Below, one piece after another: positions 34,916 through 44,024 of a stretch of DNA of 64,000 bases. A program made the translations under genes and the position numbers. The notes beneath the pieces are model-generated. The model worked only from the letters and a program-made list of their open reading frames with translations. It was not told where the DNA came from and did not search any database. Source of the DNA: a virus (lineage: Duplodnaviria > Caudoviricetes). The DNA lies in the IMG/VR virus record IMGVR_UViG_3300034175_000069. One strand, given 5' to 3'. Within the stretch, counting starts at the first letter, position 1, and each line of letters starts with the position of its first letter.

Positions 34916-35614
34916 TCAGGACCAGTAGGTGGCGCAGACCGGGCCGATGCCGTTGGCGACCGAGACCGGGTCGGTGAGCGTCGCGCCGCAGCGGACGCAG
35001 AACCCGACCGCCTTGCCCTTGGCGGCGGCCTGGTCCTGGCTCAGCGGCTTGATGCCCGCCTGCACAGCGGCGACCAGCGCGCCGGGGACCCAGATGGTCT
35101 TCGTGACCTCGGTCTTGTTGTAGCCCTTGCCCGCGTAGGGCACGAAGGTGGCCTCGATCTTGGCGGCCTTCGTGGTGCTCCCGGCGGTGCCGTAGGCCTT
35201 CTTCCAGCTGCCCTTCTTCTTGCCGTCCCAGGTGGTGGTGATGTGCAGCTGGCGGAGGATCGGGTAGGCGTCCTTGCCGGTGATGTCCCAGTAGAACAGC
35301 GTGCCGTCCACCTCGTAGTAGCCGAAGGCCGGGCACTCGGTGAGGACCGGAGCGGCCGGGATGACCGGCTGAGCCACAGCGCCGGTGAAGACGGGGATCT
35401 GGATCAGCTTGGCGGTGGGCTGCGTGGTCTTGATCGGCGCGGCCAGCAGCGCGGTGATCCACTCGCTGGCCTGGCCCTTCTGGCACCCGCCGAGGCGGCT
35501 GACGAAGCGGTACTTCTCGCACACGTCGGGCAGGTCGCGCTTGACTACCAGGTCGTTCAGGAAGCTGATCTGGGCGGCGGTGGCGGGCTCGGTGGGGTTC
35601 TTGATCTGCGGCAT
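34916..35614 (-). CDS. DUF6011-like domain protein, leaderless
   Basis: C-terminal GFCVRCGATLTDPVSVANGIGPVC; N-terminal ATAAQISFL..L; ATG 6 nt after -10. Confidence 0.75.
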   Translation of the reverse strand: MPQIKNPTEPATAAQISFLNDLVVKRDLPDVCEKYRFVSRLGGCQKGQASEWITALLAAPIKTTQPTAKLIQIPVFTGAVAQPVIPAAPVLTECPAFGYYEVDGTLFYWDITGKDAYPILRQLHITTTWDGKKKGSWKKAYGTAGSTTKAAKIEATFVPYAGKGYNKTEVTKTIWVPGALVAAVQAGIKPLSQDQAAAKGKAVGFCVRCGATLTDPVSVANGIGPVCATYWS

Positions 35615-35650
35615 GAGAGAAGTATGCACCCTCGTGTCAACAGTGTCAAC
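35615..35650 (-). promoter_or_regulatory. tandem-box sigmaA-type promoter
   Basis: TTGACA-CTGTTGACACGAGGGTG(17)-CATACT-6 nt-ATG. Confidence 0.8.
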
Positions 35651-35667
35651 AAGCAACACGCCGGAAC

Positions 35668-35706
35668 GGCAGAAGCCCCCCGATCGAGTGATCGAGGGGC
35701 TTCCGT
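35668..35706. terminator. intrinsic terminator hairpin
   Basis: GAAGCCCC(C)CGATC-GAGT-GATCG(A)GGGGCTTC. Confidence 0.7.
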
Positions 35707-35722
35707 CACAGCTGGATCGAGG

Positions 35723-36073
35723 TCAGTCCGCGCACTCCCGGCAGAGGCACGGGGCCATGCACCCGGAGCAGAAGAAGACATCCCGGGCGTGCGGGTCCTC
35801 GAAGACGGTGCAGGCGCATCCGCCCGCCCCGCAGGACCGGCACACCCGGGCGAAGGCGCTGGTCTCCCGGGTCTCGCTGGCCTCGGTGCCGCACTCGGTG
35901 CAGCAGACGCCGTCCACGAACAGGAGGGCGTCGGCCAGCGTGCCGCCGAACTCGTCGCGGGCCTCCTCGACGGAGACGACCGGGAAGCGGTGCAGGTTGA
36001 CCAGGCCGGTGCTGACGGCCATGACGACCATCGCGTGCCGGACTTCGGGCTGGGGGAGCAGTGTCTGCGTCAT
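35723..36073 (-). CDS. Cys-rich hypothetical protein, leaderless
   Basis: MTQT start; multiple CxxC. Confidence 0.65.
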   Translation of the reverse strand: MTQTLLPQPEVRHAMVVMAVSTGLVNLHRFPVVSVEEARDEFGGTLADALLFVDGVCCTECGTEASETRETSAFARVCRSCGAGGCACTVFEDPHARDVFFCSGCMAPCLCRECAD

Positions 36074-36109
36074 GGGAGAAGTATGCGCTTCCCTGTCAAC
36101 AGTGTCAAC
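36074..36109 (-). promoter_or_regulatory. tandem-box sigmaA-type promoter
   Basis: TTGACA-CTGTTGACAGGGAAGCG(17)-CATACT-6 nt-ATG. Confidence 0.8.
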
Positions 36110-36119
36110 ACTGACACGC

Positions 36120-36341
36120 TCAGTCCGGCCAGGGGTTGCTCCGGACCCAGTGCCGCGCCCCGAGGACGTTCCCGGCGATCAGCACGACCAGCAGGACCAC
36201 GGCGGCGAACCACGCGGGCCAGCTGAGCAGTGCCTGCCCGAGGACCCCGCCCATCAGCCAGACCGGGCAGGCCGCGTTGATCACCTCGGCCTGCCAGGCG
36301 TGCAGTCCTTCGGCGTAGTCGTCCGCGTCGCTGTACGGCAC
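36120..36341 (-). CDS. small membrane protein
   Basis: Two hydrophobic segments. Confidence 0.55.
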   Translation of the reverse strand: MPYSDADDYAEGLHAWQAEVINAACPVWLMGGVLGQALLSWPAWFAAVVLLVVLIAGNVLGARHWVRSNPWPD

Positions 36342-36342
36342 C

Positions 36343-36597
36343 TCACCAGTGTGTGCTCCACCGGTGCATCTCGAAGGGACCGATCAGCGCCAGCAGCTGG
36401 TCCGGGTGCTCCCGAGCCCAGTGCACGACGGTTGACACGCCAGGGATGGTCTCCGCGATGCTGTCCGACGGCCTCACAGTCTCGATCCCGCTTCCCGTCC
36501 AGAACATCGGCATGGTCCCGTGAGGCAGGCAGACAAGCCACGGCTCAGCGAACGGGTCGTAGGTCCAGTCGCAGAACACGCACTCCCCGAGGTTCAC
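36343..36597 (-). CDS. hypothetical protein
   Basis: CVFC, CLPH motifs. Confidence 0.5.
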   Translation of the reverse strand: MNLGECVFCDWTYDPFAEPWLVCLPHGTMPMFWTGSGIETVRPSDSIAETIPGVSTVVHWAREHPDQLLALIGPFEMHRWSTHW

Positions 36598-36620
36598 CGA
36601 GCCGCCCTCCGAACGCCGGA

Positions 36621-36650
36621 AGACCCGGCCAGCGGGTGCTGACCGGGTCT
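36621..36650. terminator. hairpin / terminator
   Basis: AGACCCGG(C)CAGC-GGGT-GCTG(A)CCGGGTCT. Confidence 0.55.
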
Positions 36651-36666
36651 CGGGCGGTGCGAGGTC

Positions 36667-37005
36667 TCAGGCACCGTGGCCCATGAAGACCGAGCCCTGG
36701 AAGACGGCCCAGTGGGCCAGGCTCGTGTCCAGGGTCCCGGCCTTCTCGGCCGCCCGGATCTCGGTCAGGGCGAACTCGCAGGCGTTGCGCCAGCGGTCGG
36801 TGCGGCCCAGGGCGTAGCCCTCGGTGCTCATCCGCTGGGCGACCTCGACCATCTTCTCCAGCGGGTACGCGGGCATCTCGATGCCTGCCTGCTTGCTGTG
36901 GAAGGCCAGGATGTCGTGGTCAGCCATCGCGGCGGTGCAGTCCTTGATGAAGGCCATGCGCTTGTCGGTGGCGGAGAGCTTGGGGGCAACTGCTGTCTGC
37001 GTCAT
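36667..37005 (-). CDS. hypothetical protein, leaderless
   Basis: MTQT start 6 nt after -10. Confidence 0.7.
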   Translation of the reverse strand: MTQTAVAPKLSATDKRMAFIKDCTAAMADHDILAFHSKQAGIEMPAYPLEKMVEVAQRMSTEGYALGRTDRWRNACEFALTEIRAAEKAGTLDTSLAHWAVFQGSVFMGHGA

Positions 37006-37042
37006 GGGCTAAGTATGCACACGTCGTGTCAACAGTGTCAAC
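37006..37042 (-). promoter_or_regulatory. tandem-box sigmaA-type promoter
   Basis: TTGACA-CTGTTGACACGACGTGTG(18)-CATACT-6 nt-ATG. Confidence 0.8.
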
Positions 37043-37050
37043 ACATCAGC

Positions 37051-37299
37051 TCAGCGTGTCTGGAGGCAGGCGCGGCAGCCGCACATCGGGCAGGGATCCC
37101 CGGCCACCCAGAACTCCACGGCCAGCAGGCAGACCCGGCAGACCTGGTCGATCGACGGGGGCCGGGAGACCACCTCGTGCTTGTTCGCGTCGTCTCCGCA
37201 CCAGGTGCGCTCGACGTGCGGGCAGAAGACGTGGATGCCTTCGTCGTCCTCGTCCGCCGGTGTGTCAACCGGCCGGGCGATCACCTCGGTGGAGGACAT
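37051..37299 (-). CDS. small zinc-binding protein
   Basis: HVFC...TWCG...CRVC...CPMC. Confidence 0.6.
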   Translation of the reverse strand: MSSTEVIARPVDTPADEDDEGIHVFCPHVERTWCGDDANKHEVVSRPPSIDQVCRVCLLAVEFWVAGDPCPMCGCRACLQTR

Positions 37300-37392
37300 G
37301 ACTCAGGATGGCACGCACTCTGAGAATGGCCCGACCGCGTTCCGGAGCTGGCGTCCGCCAGGTGAACTGGAGGTCGTACCGCTCGTGCAGGC

Positions 37393-37752
37393 TCATGCGA
37401 CCACGTCCATCCGGTACTCGCCGTCGTCGGTGTCCGTGCACGGTCGCAGGGTCACCATCCGGTAGTTCAGGTTGTCGCCCGGCGTGAAGCCGCCCTCCAG
37501 GCGCTGGCCGAGCACCCAGACCGCCCGGCAGACCATCTCGTCGTTCAGCCGCTCGATCAGCGGGTGCCGAAGGCTGTAGGACCCGCCCGCGCGGAAGGTC
37601 ACCAGGTGCTCGCGCTCGTGGTCAGCCAGGATCTCGTGCGCCGCTGACCGGCGCGGGCACTCCTCGGCGTCGCACTGGATCCGGTACTGGGAGGAGACGG
37701 ACAGGGACTCCTCGCCGCAGGCTGGACAGAAGGCTCCCTCGATGCTGATCAC
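37393..37752 (-). CDS. DUF6085-like protein
   Basis: G.FCPACG...C...CP..AAHEIL.D.E.EHLV...HPLIERL; RBS AGGAAG. Confidence 0.6.
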   Translation of the reverse strand: MISIEGAFCPACGEESLSVSSQYRIQCDAEECPRRSAAHEILADHEREHLVTFRAGGSYSLRHPLIERLNDEMVCRAVWVLGQRLEGGFTPGDNLNYRMVTLRPCTDTDDGEYRMDVVA

Positions 37753-37784
37753 GGCTTCCTGTGTAGCAGGGGCGGCCGACGACC

Positions 37785-37970
37785 TCAGAAGGGGACGCCG
37801 TTCTCCACCTGGACGGCCAGGCCCTGCAACCACTGGTTCAGCTGGTTCACCGTGACCAGCTCGATCGTGCCGTCACCGGGCATCTTCAGGATCCCGGCGT
37901 TGATCTCGTCGGTGCGCTCTGTCAACCGGCGCAGCACACCGGCGATCTGGTCAGAGGTCAGCTCGTCCAT
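37785..37970 (-). CDS. hypothetical protein
   Basis: RBS AGGAG; 61 aa. Confidence 0.55.
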   Translation of the reverse strand: MDELTSDQIAGVLRRLTERTDEINAGILKMPGDGTIELVTVNQLNQWLQGLAVQVENGVPF

Positions 37971-37979
37971 CGGTTCTCC

Positions 37980-38546
37980 TCAGAGGTGGATCAGGCGGTT
38001 GACCAGGTAGATCACGTGCTCGGCGACCTGGTAGAGGCCGACGCCGAGCAGGGTCAGCAGGGCCAGCGGCACCACGAACCAGCCGGTGAGGATCGACATC
38101 AGGAGGACCAGGGGAGCGTCCCGCCACCATGAGCTGTCCCGGCGGGCGGGGTTGGCCAGCGCGCCCCAGCGGACGCCTGTCCAGTACATCCGGGCCAGCA
38201 GCGGCGGGGTGCCCAGGTCGCGCAGGAACTCGTAGAAGGCCTGGTCGGTGGATCGGGGACCGGCCATCGGGCCGTCCGGGTCGCGCTCGTCACGGGTGCG
38301 GCCCTCGCGGTAGCGCTTGTTCAGGTCGTTGCAGAGCATGTCGTGGAAGATCGCGGCCAGGTTGACACGGCGTCCGGCGTTGGCGATCAGGCCGCGCAGG
38401 ACGAACGGCACCGACGCCAGGTCGGAGACGAACCCGGCCCACACGACGAACCGGCCCCACCTCGTGTCGCGGGACAGCTCCTGCGTCAGCTGGATCTGTC
38501 CATCGGCACGAAGCAGGACCGGCAGGTCTTGCGTCACCAGGGGCAC
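37980..38546 (-). CDS. DUF1353-family protein with C-terminal TM segment
   Basis: GFVSDLASVP...AAIFHDMLC...D..FYE.L..LG...YW.GVR.G. Confidence 0.75.
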   Translation of the reverse strand: MPLVTQDLPVLLRADGQIQLTQELSRDTRWGRFVVWAGFVSDLASVPFVLRGLIANAGRRVNLAAIFHDMLCNDLNKRYREGRTRDERDPDGPMAGPRSTDQAFYEFLRDLGTPPLLARMYWTGVRWGALANPARRDSSWWRDAPLVLLMSILTGWFVVPLALLTLLGVGLYQVAEHVIYLVNRLIHL

Positions 38547-38560
38547 ACGGTCAGTGTCCC

Positions 38561-39061
38561 CTACGTCAGATGGCGGCGATCGGTGACCGCCACGTCCTCC
38601 CACCCCTCGCCGCGCATCCCGAACAGGCCGGAGACCGACCGGCTGGTCTCGCCGAAGCGGTACCAGCGGTGTGCGGCGGTCAGCGCCTCCCGGACGTTCC
38701 GCTCGCTCGCGGCCTTCTCGACGTGCCAGATCCGCTGGCAGCCACCGGCGCAGGCCAGCGTCCCGGTCCACTCCACGCTGGGCCGGTCCTCGCGGGACCA
38801 GATGTCCAGCTCCTCGGTGTGCAGGAACTCCCGGAAGTCCGGGGGCCAGAGCAGGTGCTGGACCGCGCGGACGATGTCCTCGGTGTCCGGCTCGTCGTCC
38901 AGGTCGGTGGCCATCTGCTCGATCGCGCCATCGGAGGGCTCGGTCTTCCTCTGGATCTCGATGGCGAAGACCCGCCAGTCGATCTCGCCCTTGCCGTGGA
39001 AGGCCTTGCCCTCGCGCCAGACCTCGGCCAGAGCCTCGGCCATGCCCTTGGTCGTCGTCAC
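38561..39061 (-). CDS. hypothetical protein
   Basis: GTGA overlap start; coding-type codon usage. Confidence 0.55.
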   Translation of the reverse strand: MTTTKGMAEALAEVWREGKAFHGKGEIDWRVFAIEIQRKTEPSDGAIEQMATDLDDEPDTEDIVRAVQHLLWPPDFREFLHTEELDIWSREDRPSVEWTGTLACAGGCQRIWHVEKAASERNVREALTAAHRWYRFGETSRSVSGLFGMRGEGWEDVAVTDRRHLT

Positions 39062-39465
39062 GGCTTGGCCGCCAGCTGGTCGGCCATCTCCTTGCGGCGC
39101 TTCTCCCGGCGGGCCCGGCGCGCGGCCTTCTCCTTCTCCAGCCGCTCGTACTCCTCGGCCGAGATGTAGCCGGAGCCGTCGCACTTCAGGCACTCCCGCT
39201 CGCACTCGGAGCAGAAGCCCTCGCCGTCGCACTTCGGGCAGGGCACGTCCCCGTCCTCCAGCGCCTCGTCGTAGGCGTTCAGGGGCGGGTTGACCAGCCG
39301 GACCTCCAGCAGCATCGGGCGCAGGCTCTCGGTGCCCAGGAGGGCCCACCAGGCCTCCTTCTCGTCCCAGGGGCCCGTGGCCACCCAGCGGCCCTCGTGA
39401 GCGCCCCAGACGCCGTAGGTGGCCATCTCCTGGCCATGCTCGTTCCGGCGCAGCTCAGTGGTCAT
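39058..39465 (-). CDS. protein with DnaJ-type CxxCxGxG zinc finger
   Basis: CPKCDGEG...CLKCDGSG; RBS AGGA. Confidence 0.6.
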   Translation of the reverse strand: MTTELRRNEHGQEMATYGVWGAHEGRWVATGPWDEKEAWWALLGTESLRPMLLEVRLVNPPLNAYDEALEDGDVPCPKCDGEGFCSECERECLKCDGSGYISAEEYERLEKEKAARRARREKRRKEMADQLAAKP

Positions 39466-39677
39466 GGGGTCCTCTCCCAGCTGATCACGATGTCGTCGTC
39501 CTCGACCGTGACGGTCAGGGCGTTGTCGGGGATGTCCTCCCAGTCCACGCTCAGCTCGCTGGCCAGTGCACGTGCGGCTGCGCTGAGCGCCTTGGACAGC
39601 TCGGTGCCGTTGCTCGGGGTCCGCAGCAGGTAGCGCGTGCGGGTCACCGTGATCTGCTCCCGGCCGAACTCGGCCAT
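39462..39677 (-). CDS. hypothetical protein
   Basis: Overlapping start/stop with neighbours. Confidence 0.6.
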   Translation of the reverse strand: MAEFGREQITVTRTRYLLRTPSNGTELSKALSAAARALASELSVDWEDIPDNALTVTVEDDDIVISWERTP

Positions 39678-40789
39678 CAGTCGAAGCTCGGGGTCGTGTC
39701 AACCGTCACCGCAGCGTCACCGTCGTTCGGCACGAAGGTCAGCATCAGCCGCCGGGTGCCCGGCGGGACGGTCAGGGACAGCCCCCGGTGCTCGCCCTCG
39801 ATGCTCGGCACGGCGTTGATCAGCTCGACGGCCAGGTTGTCCCGCTGCGTCACGACGTTGTCGAACTTCCGGCCCAGGTCGCTGTGCTCGGCCTGGAGGT
39901 GGCTGAACATCCGCCGGGCCTCGTCCCGCTCGTCCCGGAGCTGAGCCGCCTCGGAGTACTTGGCCGCCATCGCCGCCTGGGCGCGGTCGCGCACGTCAAT
40001 GGCCTCATCCCGCTCGGCCTCGGCACGGGTCAGGGCACCGGCCATCTCCTCCAGCGCGCGCTGCTGCTCGTGCTGGCCGCGCAGGGCCTCGCTCCGCTTC
40101 ACCTGGGCCTCGTCCAGCTGGTCCAGGGCCCTGTCCCGCTCGGCCAGCCAGCGCTTCACCGTGGTGTCCAGCAGGCCGATCAGATCCCCCTGGCTGAGAG
40201 CGGCCATCAGGCGCTTGGCGGGCTCGGTGTAGACCCGGCGCATCGCTCCTCGGCCGGACGGGCCTATGCCGTCGTCGGCCGCCCAGTCCCTGTCGAAGTC
40301 CAGACCGGTCATCGCACAGACGACCCGGTCCAGATAGACCGCGTCGATCTCGTGCTGGCGCTCGTCCTCGGCCTGCGCAGCCGACCACTCGGGGTCCTGG
40401 TCGCGGAGCTTCACCCGGGTCTCGGGAGTGGTTGACACGTCGCTGACCTGGGGGTTCTCCTGGTGGGAGAAGACGTGCGCGTTCTTCATGGCGTTGTGGT
40501 CCAGGCCGACCGTGTCGATGCCGTGATCGGTCTCCAGGTGCCCGGCCAGAACCGTGGCCGATCGGTCAGCGTGGAAGTCGGTCAGGCCGTGGTTGTGCTC
40601 GTGCGGGATCGGCAGCATGGGGGTCTCCTCGGGAGTGGCGGACTGGTGGGCCTTCAGGTGGGCCAGGTGGGCGTCGGACAGGCTCCAGAACATCGGGATG
40701 TCCGTGCCGTGCTCGTCCTTCAGGTGCCGGACCATCTGGCCCCAGCCCCAGTTGGCCGGGGTCACGGCGTGGACGTGCTGCTCAGCCAC
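39677..40789 (-). CDS. coiled-coil protein with His-rich N-terminal repeats
   Basis: Two HL..EH/DHG...H..H units; long AERDEA heptads. Confidence 0.7.
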   Translation of the reverse strand: MAEQHVHAVTPANWGWGQMVRHLKDEHGTDIPMFWSLSDAHLAHLKAHQSATPEETPMLPIPHEHNHGLTDFHADRSATVLAGHLETDHGIDTVGLDHNAMKNAHVFSHQENPQVSDVSTTPETRVKLRDQDPEWSAAQAEDERQHEIDAVYLDRVVCAMTGLDFDRDWAADDGIGPSGRGAMRRVYTEPAKRLMAALSQGDLIGLLDTTVKRWLAERDRALDQLDEAQVKRSEALRGQHEQQRALEEMAGALTRAEAERDEAIDVRDRAQAAMAAKYSEAAQLRDERDEARRMFSHLQAEHSDLGRKFDNVVTQRDNLAVELINAVPSIEGEHRGLSLTVPPGTRRLMLTFVPNDGDAAVTVDTTPSFD

Positions 40790-41138
40790 GGCGGCGGCGG
40801 ATCAGCGTGACGCCCTCGGGCAGGCCCAGCTCCGGGCCGGGGATGTCGGAGTCGTCCCGGACGATCCGCACGGCCTGGTGGGCCCCGTAGGTGTCCTCCA
40901 CGGCGGCCAGGAACTCCCGGAGGTACTTGGCCTCGGGGATGGTGCCGATCTCGGCCAGCCAGGGCAGCTGGCGGGTCAGCTCCTCACGGACCTGGGCCTG
41001 GGCGAAGACGAACCGCTCGGTCGGGACCTGCTCACCGGTGAGGTCACGGATCAGGTCGAAGGTCGGGCCGACCGGGCCGATGACCTTGCCGGTCACGGCT
41101 GCGAGGACTGCTGGAGTGGGGTAGCTGCGCTGCGTCAT
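40782..41138 (-). CDS. hypothetical protein, leaderless
   Basis: MTQR start 6 nt after -10. Confidence 0.7.
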   Translation of the reverse strand: MTQRSYPTPAVLAAVTGKVIGPVGPTFDLIRDLTGEQVPTERFVFAQAQVREELTRQLPWLAEIGTIPEAKYLREFLAAVEDTYGAHQAVRIVRDDSDIPGPELGLPEGVTLIRRRRG

Positions 41139-41173
41139 GCCATGAGTATGGCAGCTTTGTCATCTATGTCAAC
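41139..41173 (-). promoter_or_regulatory. sigmaA-type promoter with degenerate second box
   Basis: TTGACA-TAGATGACAAAGCTGC(16)-CATACT-6 nt-ATG. Confidence 0.65.
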
Positions 41174-41351
41174 TAGATGGGGTTGCAGCTTCCCGCGCGG
41201 CGCGGCGTTGCTGCACCAGGTCCCGGGTCCGCACGTCGATCAGCGGCCTGCGGAGCACCTGGCTGAACATCTCGATCAGCGCCTGGTCGGCGTGGTCCCG
41301 GCGAGTCCGGAGGTAGGCCGAGAAGTCGGCCGGACCTGCGTCGTCACTCAC
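41169..41351 (-). CDS. hypothetical protein
   Basis: GTGA overlap start; stop lies within the next promoter. Confidence 0.45.
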   Translation of the reverse strand: MSDDAGPADFSAYLRTRRDHADQALIEMFSQVLRRPLIDVRTRDLVQQRRAAREAATPSS

Positions 41352-42064
41352 GTCAGCAGGCCCTTGCGCTTGGCCTGCCACAGCTTCTCCTCATGCGGCA
41401 GGGCGGGCTTGATCCAGTCGCCGGAGTCGCACGCGATCAGGTCCCCGCCCATGTGCTCGGGGTCGTCCCAGTGCTGGCCGTGGAAGTGGCACCAGAGCCG
41501 GGAGGACGGCTTCTCCTCGGCGAACAGGTCGTCCTCGTCCGGCGGGATGTTCATCGTCGGGGCCCAGCCCTGGGCCAGCTTGTAGCCGTCCTTGGTGATC
41601 ACGCCGTTCTCCCAGATGGTCTTCATGCCTGGGTCGGCCTTCCCCTGGGACAGGGTGGCGTCGTGGTGTGTCAACCACTTGGCTGCCAGCTGCTCGGCCA
41701 CAGCGTCGGACTGCTCTGGGGTGGTGATCATCCCCACCGGGATCCCGTAGACCTGGGAGAGCTTCTCGGCGATGTCGGCGAAGACCGGGGAGATCTCGTG
41801 GTTGAAGGCGGCCATGCTCTCGCCCATCGCGGTGGCGGCCTCGCCGATCGACTTCATCTGCTCGGTGAGCACAGACGTGTCGAAGTTGAATGAGATCTCT
41901 GCTCCCGGGGGCAGCACGGTCAGCTCCTTGCCGTCCTCGCCGTACCAGGTGTCTGGAGCATCTGGCAGAACGAAGTCCAGGGGAGCGCAGAACCCGCCGC
42001 TGGCAAGAAGCATGTGCGACTCGTGCGGCTCCGGCGGGGTCCCGCACTTGCAGATGTCCGTCAT
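41348..42064 (-). CDS. hypothetical protein
   Basis: MTDICKC start by ATGA overlap. Confidence 0.6.
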   Translation of the reverse strand: MTDICKCGTPPEPHESHMLLASGGFCAPLDFVLPDAPDTWYGEDGKELTVLPPGAEISFNFDTSVLTEQMKSIGEAATAMGESMAAFNHEISPVFADIAEKLSQVYGIPVGMITTPEQSDAVAEQLAAKWLTHHDATLSQGKADPGMKTIWENGVITKDGYKLAQGWAPTMNIPPDEDDLFAEEKPSSRLWCHFHGQHWDDPEHMGGDLIACDSGDWIKPALPHEEKLWQAKRKGLLT

Positions 42065-42315
42065 CGACGCCGCTCCTCCGCTGCTGCCCGCTCCGCCCGG
42101 TGGGCGAAGATCCCATCCTGGTACCGCTTCTCCAGCGGCGTCCGGGGCACTGCGCCCGTGCGCAGCTCTCCCCGGCGATCGGGTGTCAACCACTCCGAGA
42201 ACGTGCCGTGCGTGCAGGTGCACAGCTTGGCCGAGAAGCAGTCGAGGTGGCGGCCCTGCTGGCATCGGTCACAGATCCAGGGCTCGGTCTCGTTGTCACC
42301 GACGAGCTTCAGCAC
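42061..42315 (-). CDS. small Cys-rich protein
   Basis: CDRC..H..C...CTC; RBS GGGGAAG. Confidence 0.55.
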   Translation of the reverse strand: MLKLVGDNETEPWICDRCQQGRHLDCFSAKLCTCTHGTFSEWLTPDRRGELRTGAVPRTPLEKRYQDGIFAHRAERAAAEERRR

Positions 42316-42522
42316 TGTTGCTTCCCCCACCCCGGCAGTATCGGGCGGCAGCGGGGAGGGGAGTCGCACCCCACGCCCAGCCTGCACTGACGGTTTCCTC
42401 GGCGGGACTAGCCGATGCAGTGGGACCGGTTGCCCGGTGCAGCCCCGCAGATGCTGCTTCGCCACTGCCGCCCGGGTGAAGTATGCCCGGCGCACTCAAC
42501 ATCGGGAAGACACGGTGTGTCT

Positions 42523-42559
42523 GTTGACAGTGTTGACATGCTCATGCCATAGTCATCCC
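42523..42559 (+). promoter_or_regulatory. tandem-box sigmaA-type promoter
   Basis: TTGACA-GTGTTGACATGCTCATGC(18)-CATAGT-6 nt-ATG. Confidence 0.8.
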
Positions 42560-42802
42560 ATGACGCAGACGAGCAAGCCCACCGCAGCCCCGGTCACCGA
42601 TGTCCGCACCGCCGAGCGCATGGTCACCGAGATCAGCGCCCTGGCCGGAGGCGGCGAGCACTACCAGGCCACCTTCCTGGAAGCCGACCTCTGGGAGGGC
42701 GTCCTGGAGGCCGTCGCCGGTGGCCACGCGCAGGCCGCCTACCTGGCCACCGCCGCGCTGAAGTCCAAGGAGATCGACTTCCCCCGGCAGAAGATCGCCT
42801 GA
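42560..42802 (+). CDS. hypothetical protein, leaderless; lone rightward gene in a leftward arm
   Basis: MTQTSKP...; own promoter and terminator. Confidence 0.7.
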   Translation: MTQTSKPTAAPVTDVRTAERMVTEISALAGGGEHYQATFLEADLWEGVLEAVAGGHAQAAYLATAALKSKEIDFPRQKIA

Positions 42803-42820
42803 CCTCCACCGCACAGCAGA

Positions 42821-42853
42821 GAGCCCCCTGGCCATCGGCCGGGGGGCTTCTTT
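42821..42853. terminator. intrinsic terminator
   Basis: GAGCCCCC(T)GGCC-ATC-GGCC(G)GGGGGCTT followed by CTTT. Confidence 0.75.
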
Positions 42854-42857
42854 GCGT

Positions 42858-43112
42858 TCAGGCCAGGTTGGCCAGGTGCTTGCGGTGCGCCCGCTGGCGA
42901 TCCGCGCCGGTCATCTCGTGCGGGCCGGTCCAGCCGCACTCGCAGAGCGCGTGACCGTGTCCGCCGACCGTGACCGCCGAGCCGACCTCGATCTGCTGGC
43001 CCTGCCGGTTGACCCGGTGGACTCCGGCGATCGTGTCGCAGGGCCACGACTGGCACGACTGCGCCGTGTACGGCGCTCCCCTGTCAACCAGACGGTGACC
43101 CTGAACTCGCAT
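42858..43112 (-). CDS. small Cys/His-rich protein
   Basis: CQSWPC, HALCECGWTG...HRKHL. Confidence 0.55.
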   Translation of the reverse strand: MRVQGHRLVDRGAPYTAQSCQSWPCDTIAGVHRVNRQGQQIEVGSAVTVGGHGHALCECGWTGPHEMTGADRQRAHRKHLANLA

Positions 43113-43113
43113 C

Positions 43114-43206
43114 TCAGATCAGCGGGTGGTGGTGCGTCTCGTGAGACGAGGCGCGGGTGAACAGCGCGACGAGACCGACTAGCAGGATGAGCATCAAGAG
43201 CAGCAT
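43114..43206 (-). CDS. 30-aa membrane peptide
   Basis: MLLLMLILLVGLVALFTRASSHETHHHPLI; RBS AAGGA. Confidence 0.45.
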   Translation of the reverse strand: MLLLMLILLVGLVALFTRASSHETHHHPLI

Positions 43207-43268
43207 GAGTGGTTCCTTACCCCCGGGGTGAGAAACCCAGTCTCCACCCCAGGGGTAAGCGCGGCCTG

Positions 43269-43400
43269 TCAGATCTCGTTGAGATCCGCCATCTCGCGGT
43301 CCTTCTTCGCCGGGCGGGTCCGCCGAATGGACCCTCGGGTCAGCAACCCGAGGATGCCCATGAACCAGAGCCCCTGGATGGCTTCCCACAAACTGATCAC
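43269..43400 (-). CDS. 43-aa membrane peptide (below the ORF-track cutoff), possibly leaderless
   Basis: MISLWEAIQGLWFMGILGLLTRGSIRRTRPAKKDREMADLNEI; TAAAAT 6 nt before GTG. Confidence 0.45.
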   Translation of the reverse strand: MISLWEAIQGLWFMGILGLLTRGSIRRTRPAKKDREMADLNEI

Positions 43401-43498
43401 GCTCAGATTTTAGTGGTCACATTCCGTCATCAGTAGTTCCCAAACGACTCATCTGAGTAGCTGAAAGCACAAGATCTGACAGGAATAAACCCCGCCTG

Positions 43499-44014
43499 TC
43501 ACTCCACCTTCTCGAACACCGTGCCGAGCTGATCGGCGGGGATCAGCTCCAGGCTGGGGAGCACCCAGCCTGGCTCCAGGACGGTGAAGTCCTCGCGCAT
43601 CAGCTGGGGCTGCGCCGTCGCGCCGAACGAGACCAGGCACGTCCTCCCCTGGTCCGCCAGCCACTGGGCGGCGTCCACCGCGTTCGTGCCGTCGTACTCG
43701 TAGGCCGCGACGACCGCCGACTTCCGTCGGAGCTGAGCGGACTTCCGGTCCTTCTTGCCCTTGCCGCCGTCAGACGCCGCTGAAGCCGTGTCCGGGGTAG
43801 CGGCTGCCGCAGCTGCTGCCGGGGCCGCCACGGCTTCCACAGCTGGCTGCACAGGCTGTGCAGTGACCGTGGGCGTCGCGGCCGGAGCGGTGACCGTCGT
43901 GGGCGGGTCCTTCTGGACGATCGCGGGCGTCGTGGTCTCGGCTGCCGTGCCAGCGGGGGTGGCAGGCGTCGCGGGCGTTGCCGGGGTGGTTGACGTGCCG
44001 GTGGTCTTGGCCAC
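43499..44014 (-). CDS. protein with long Ala/Thr/Pro low-complexity N-terminus
   Basis: RBS AGGGAC; folded-looking C-terminal ~65 aa. Confidence 0.7.
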   Translation of the reverse strand: MAKTTGTSTTPATPATPATPAGTAAETTTPAIVQKDPPTTVTAPAATPTVTAQPVQPAVEAVAAPAAAAAAATPDTASAASDGGKGKKDRKSAQLRRKSAVVAAYEYDGTNAVDAAQWLADQGRTCLVSFGATAQPQLMREDFTVLEPGWVLPSLELIPADQLGTVFEKVE

Positions 44015-44024
44015 GGGGTCCCTC

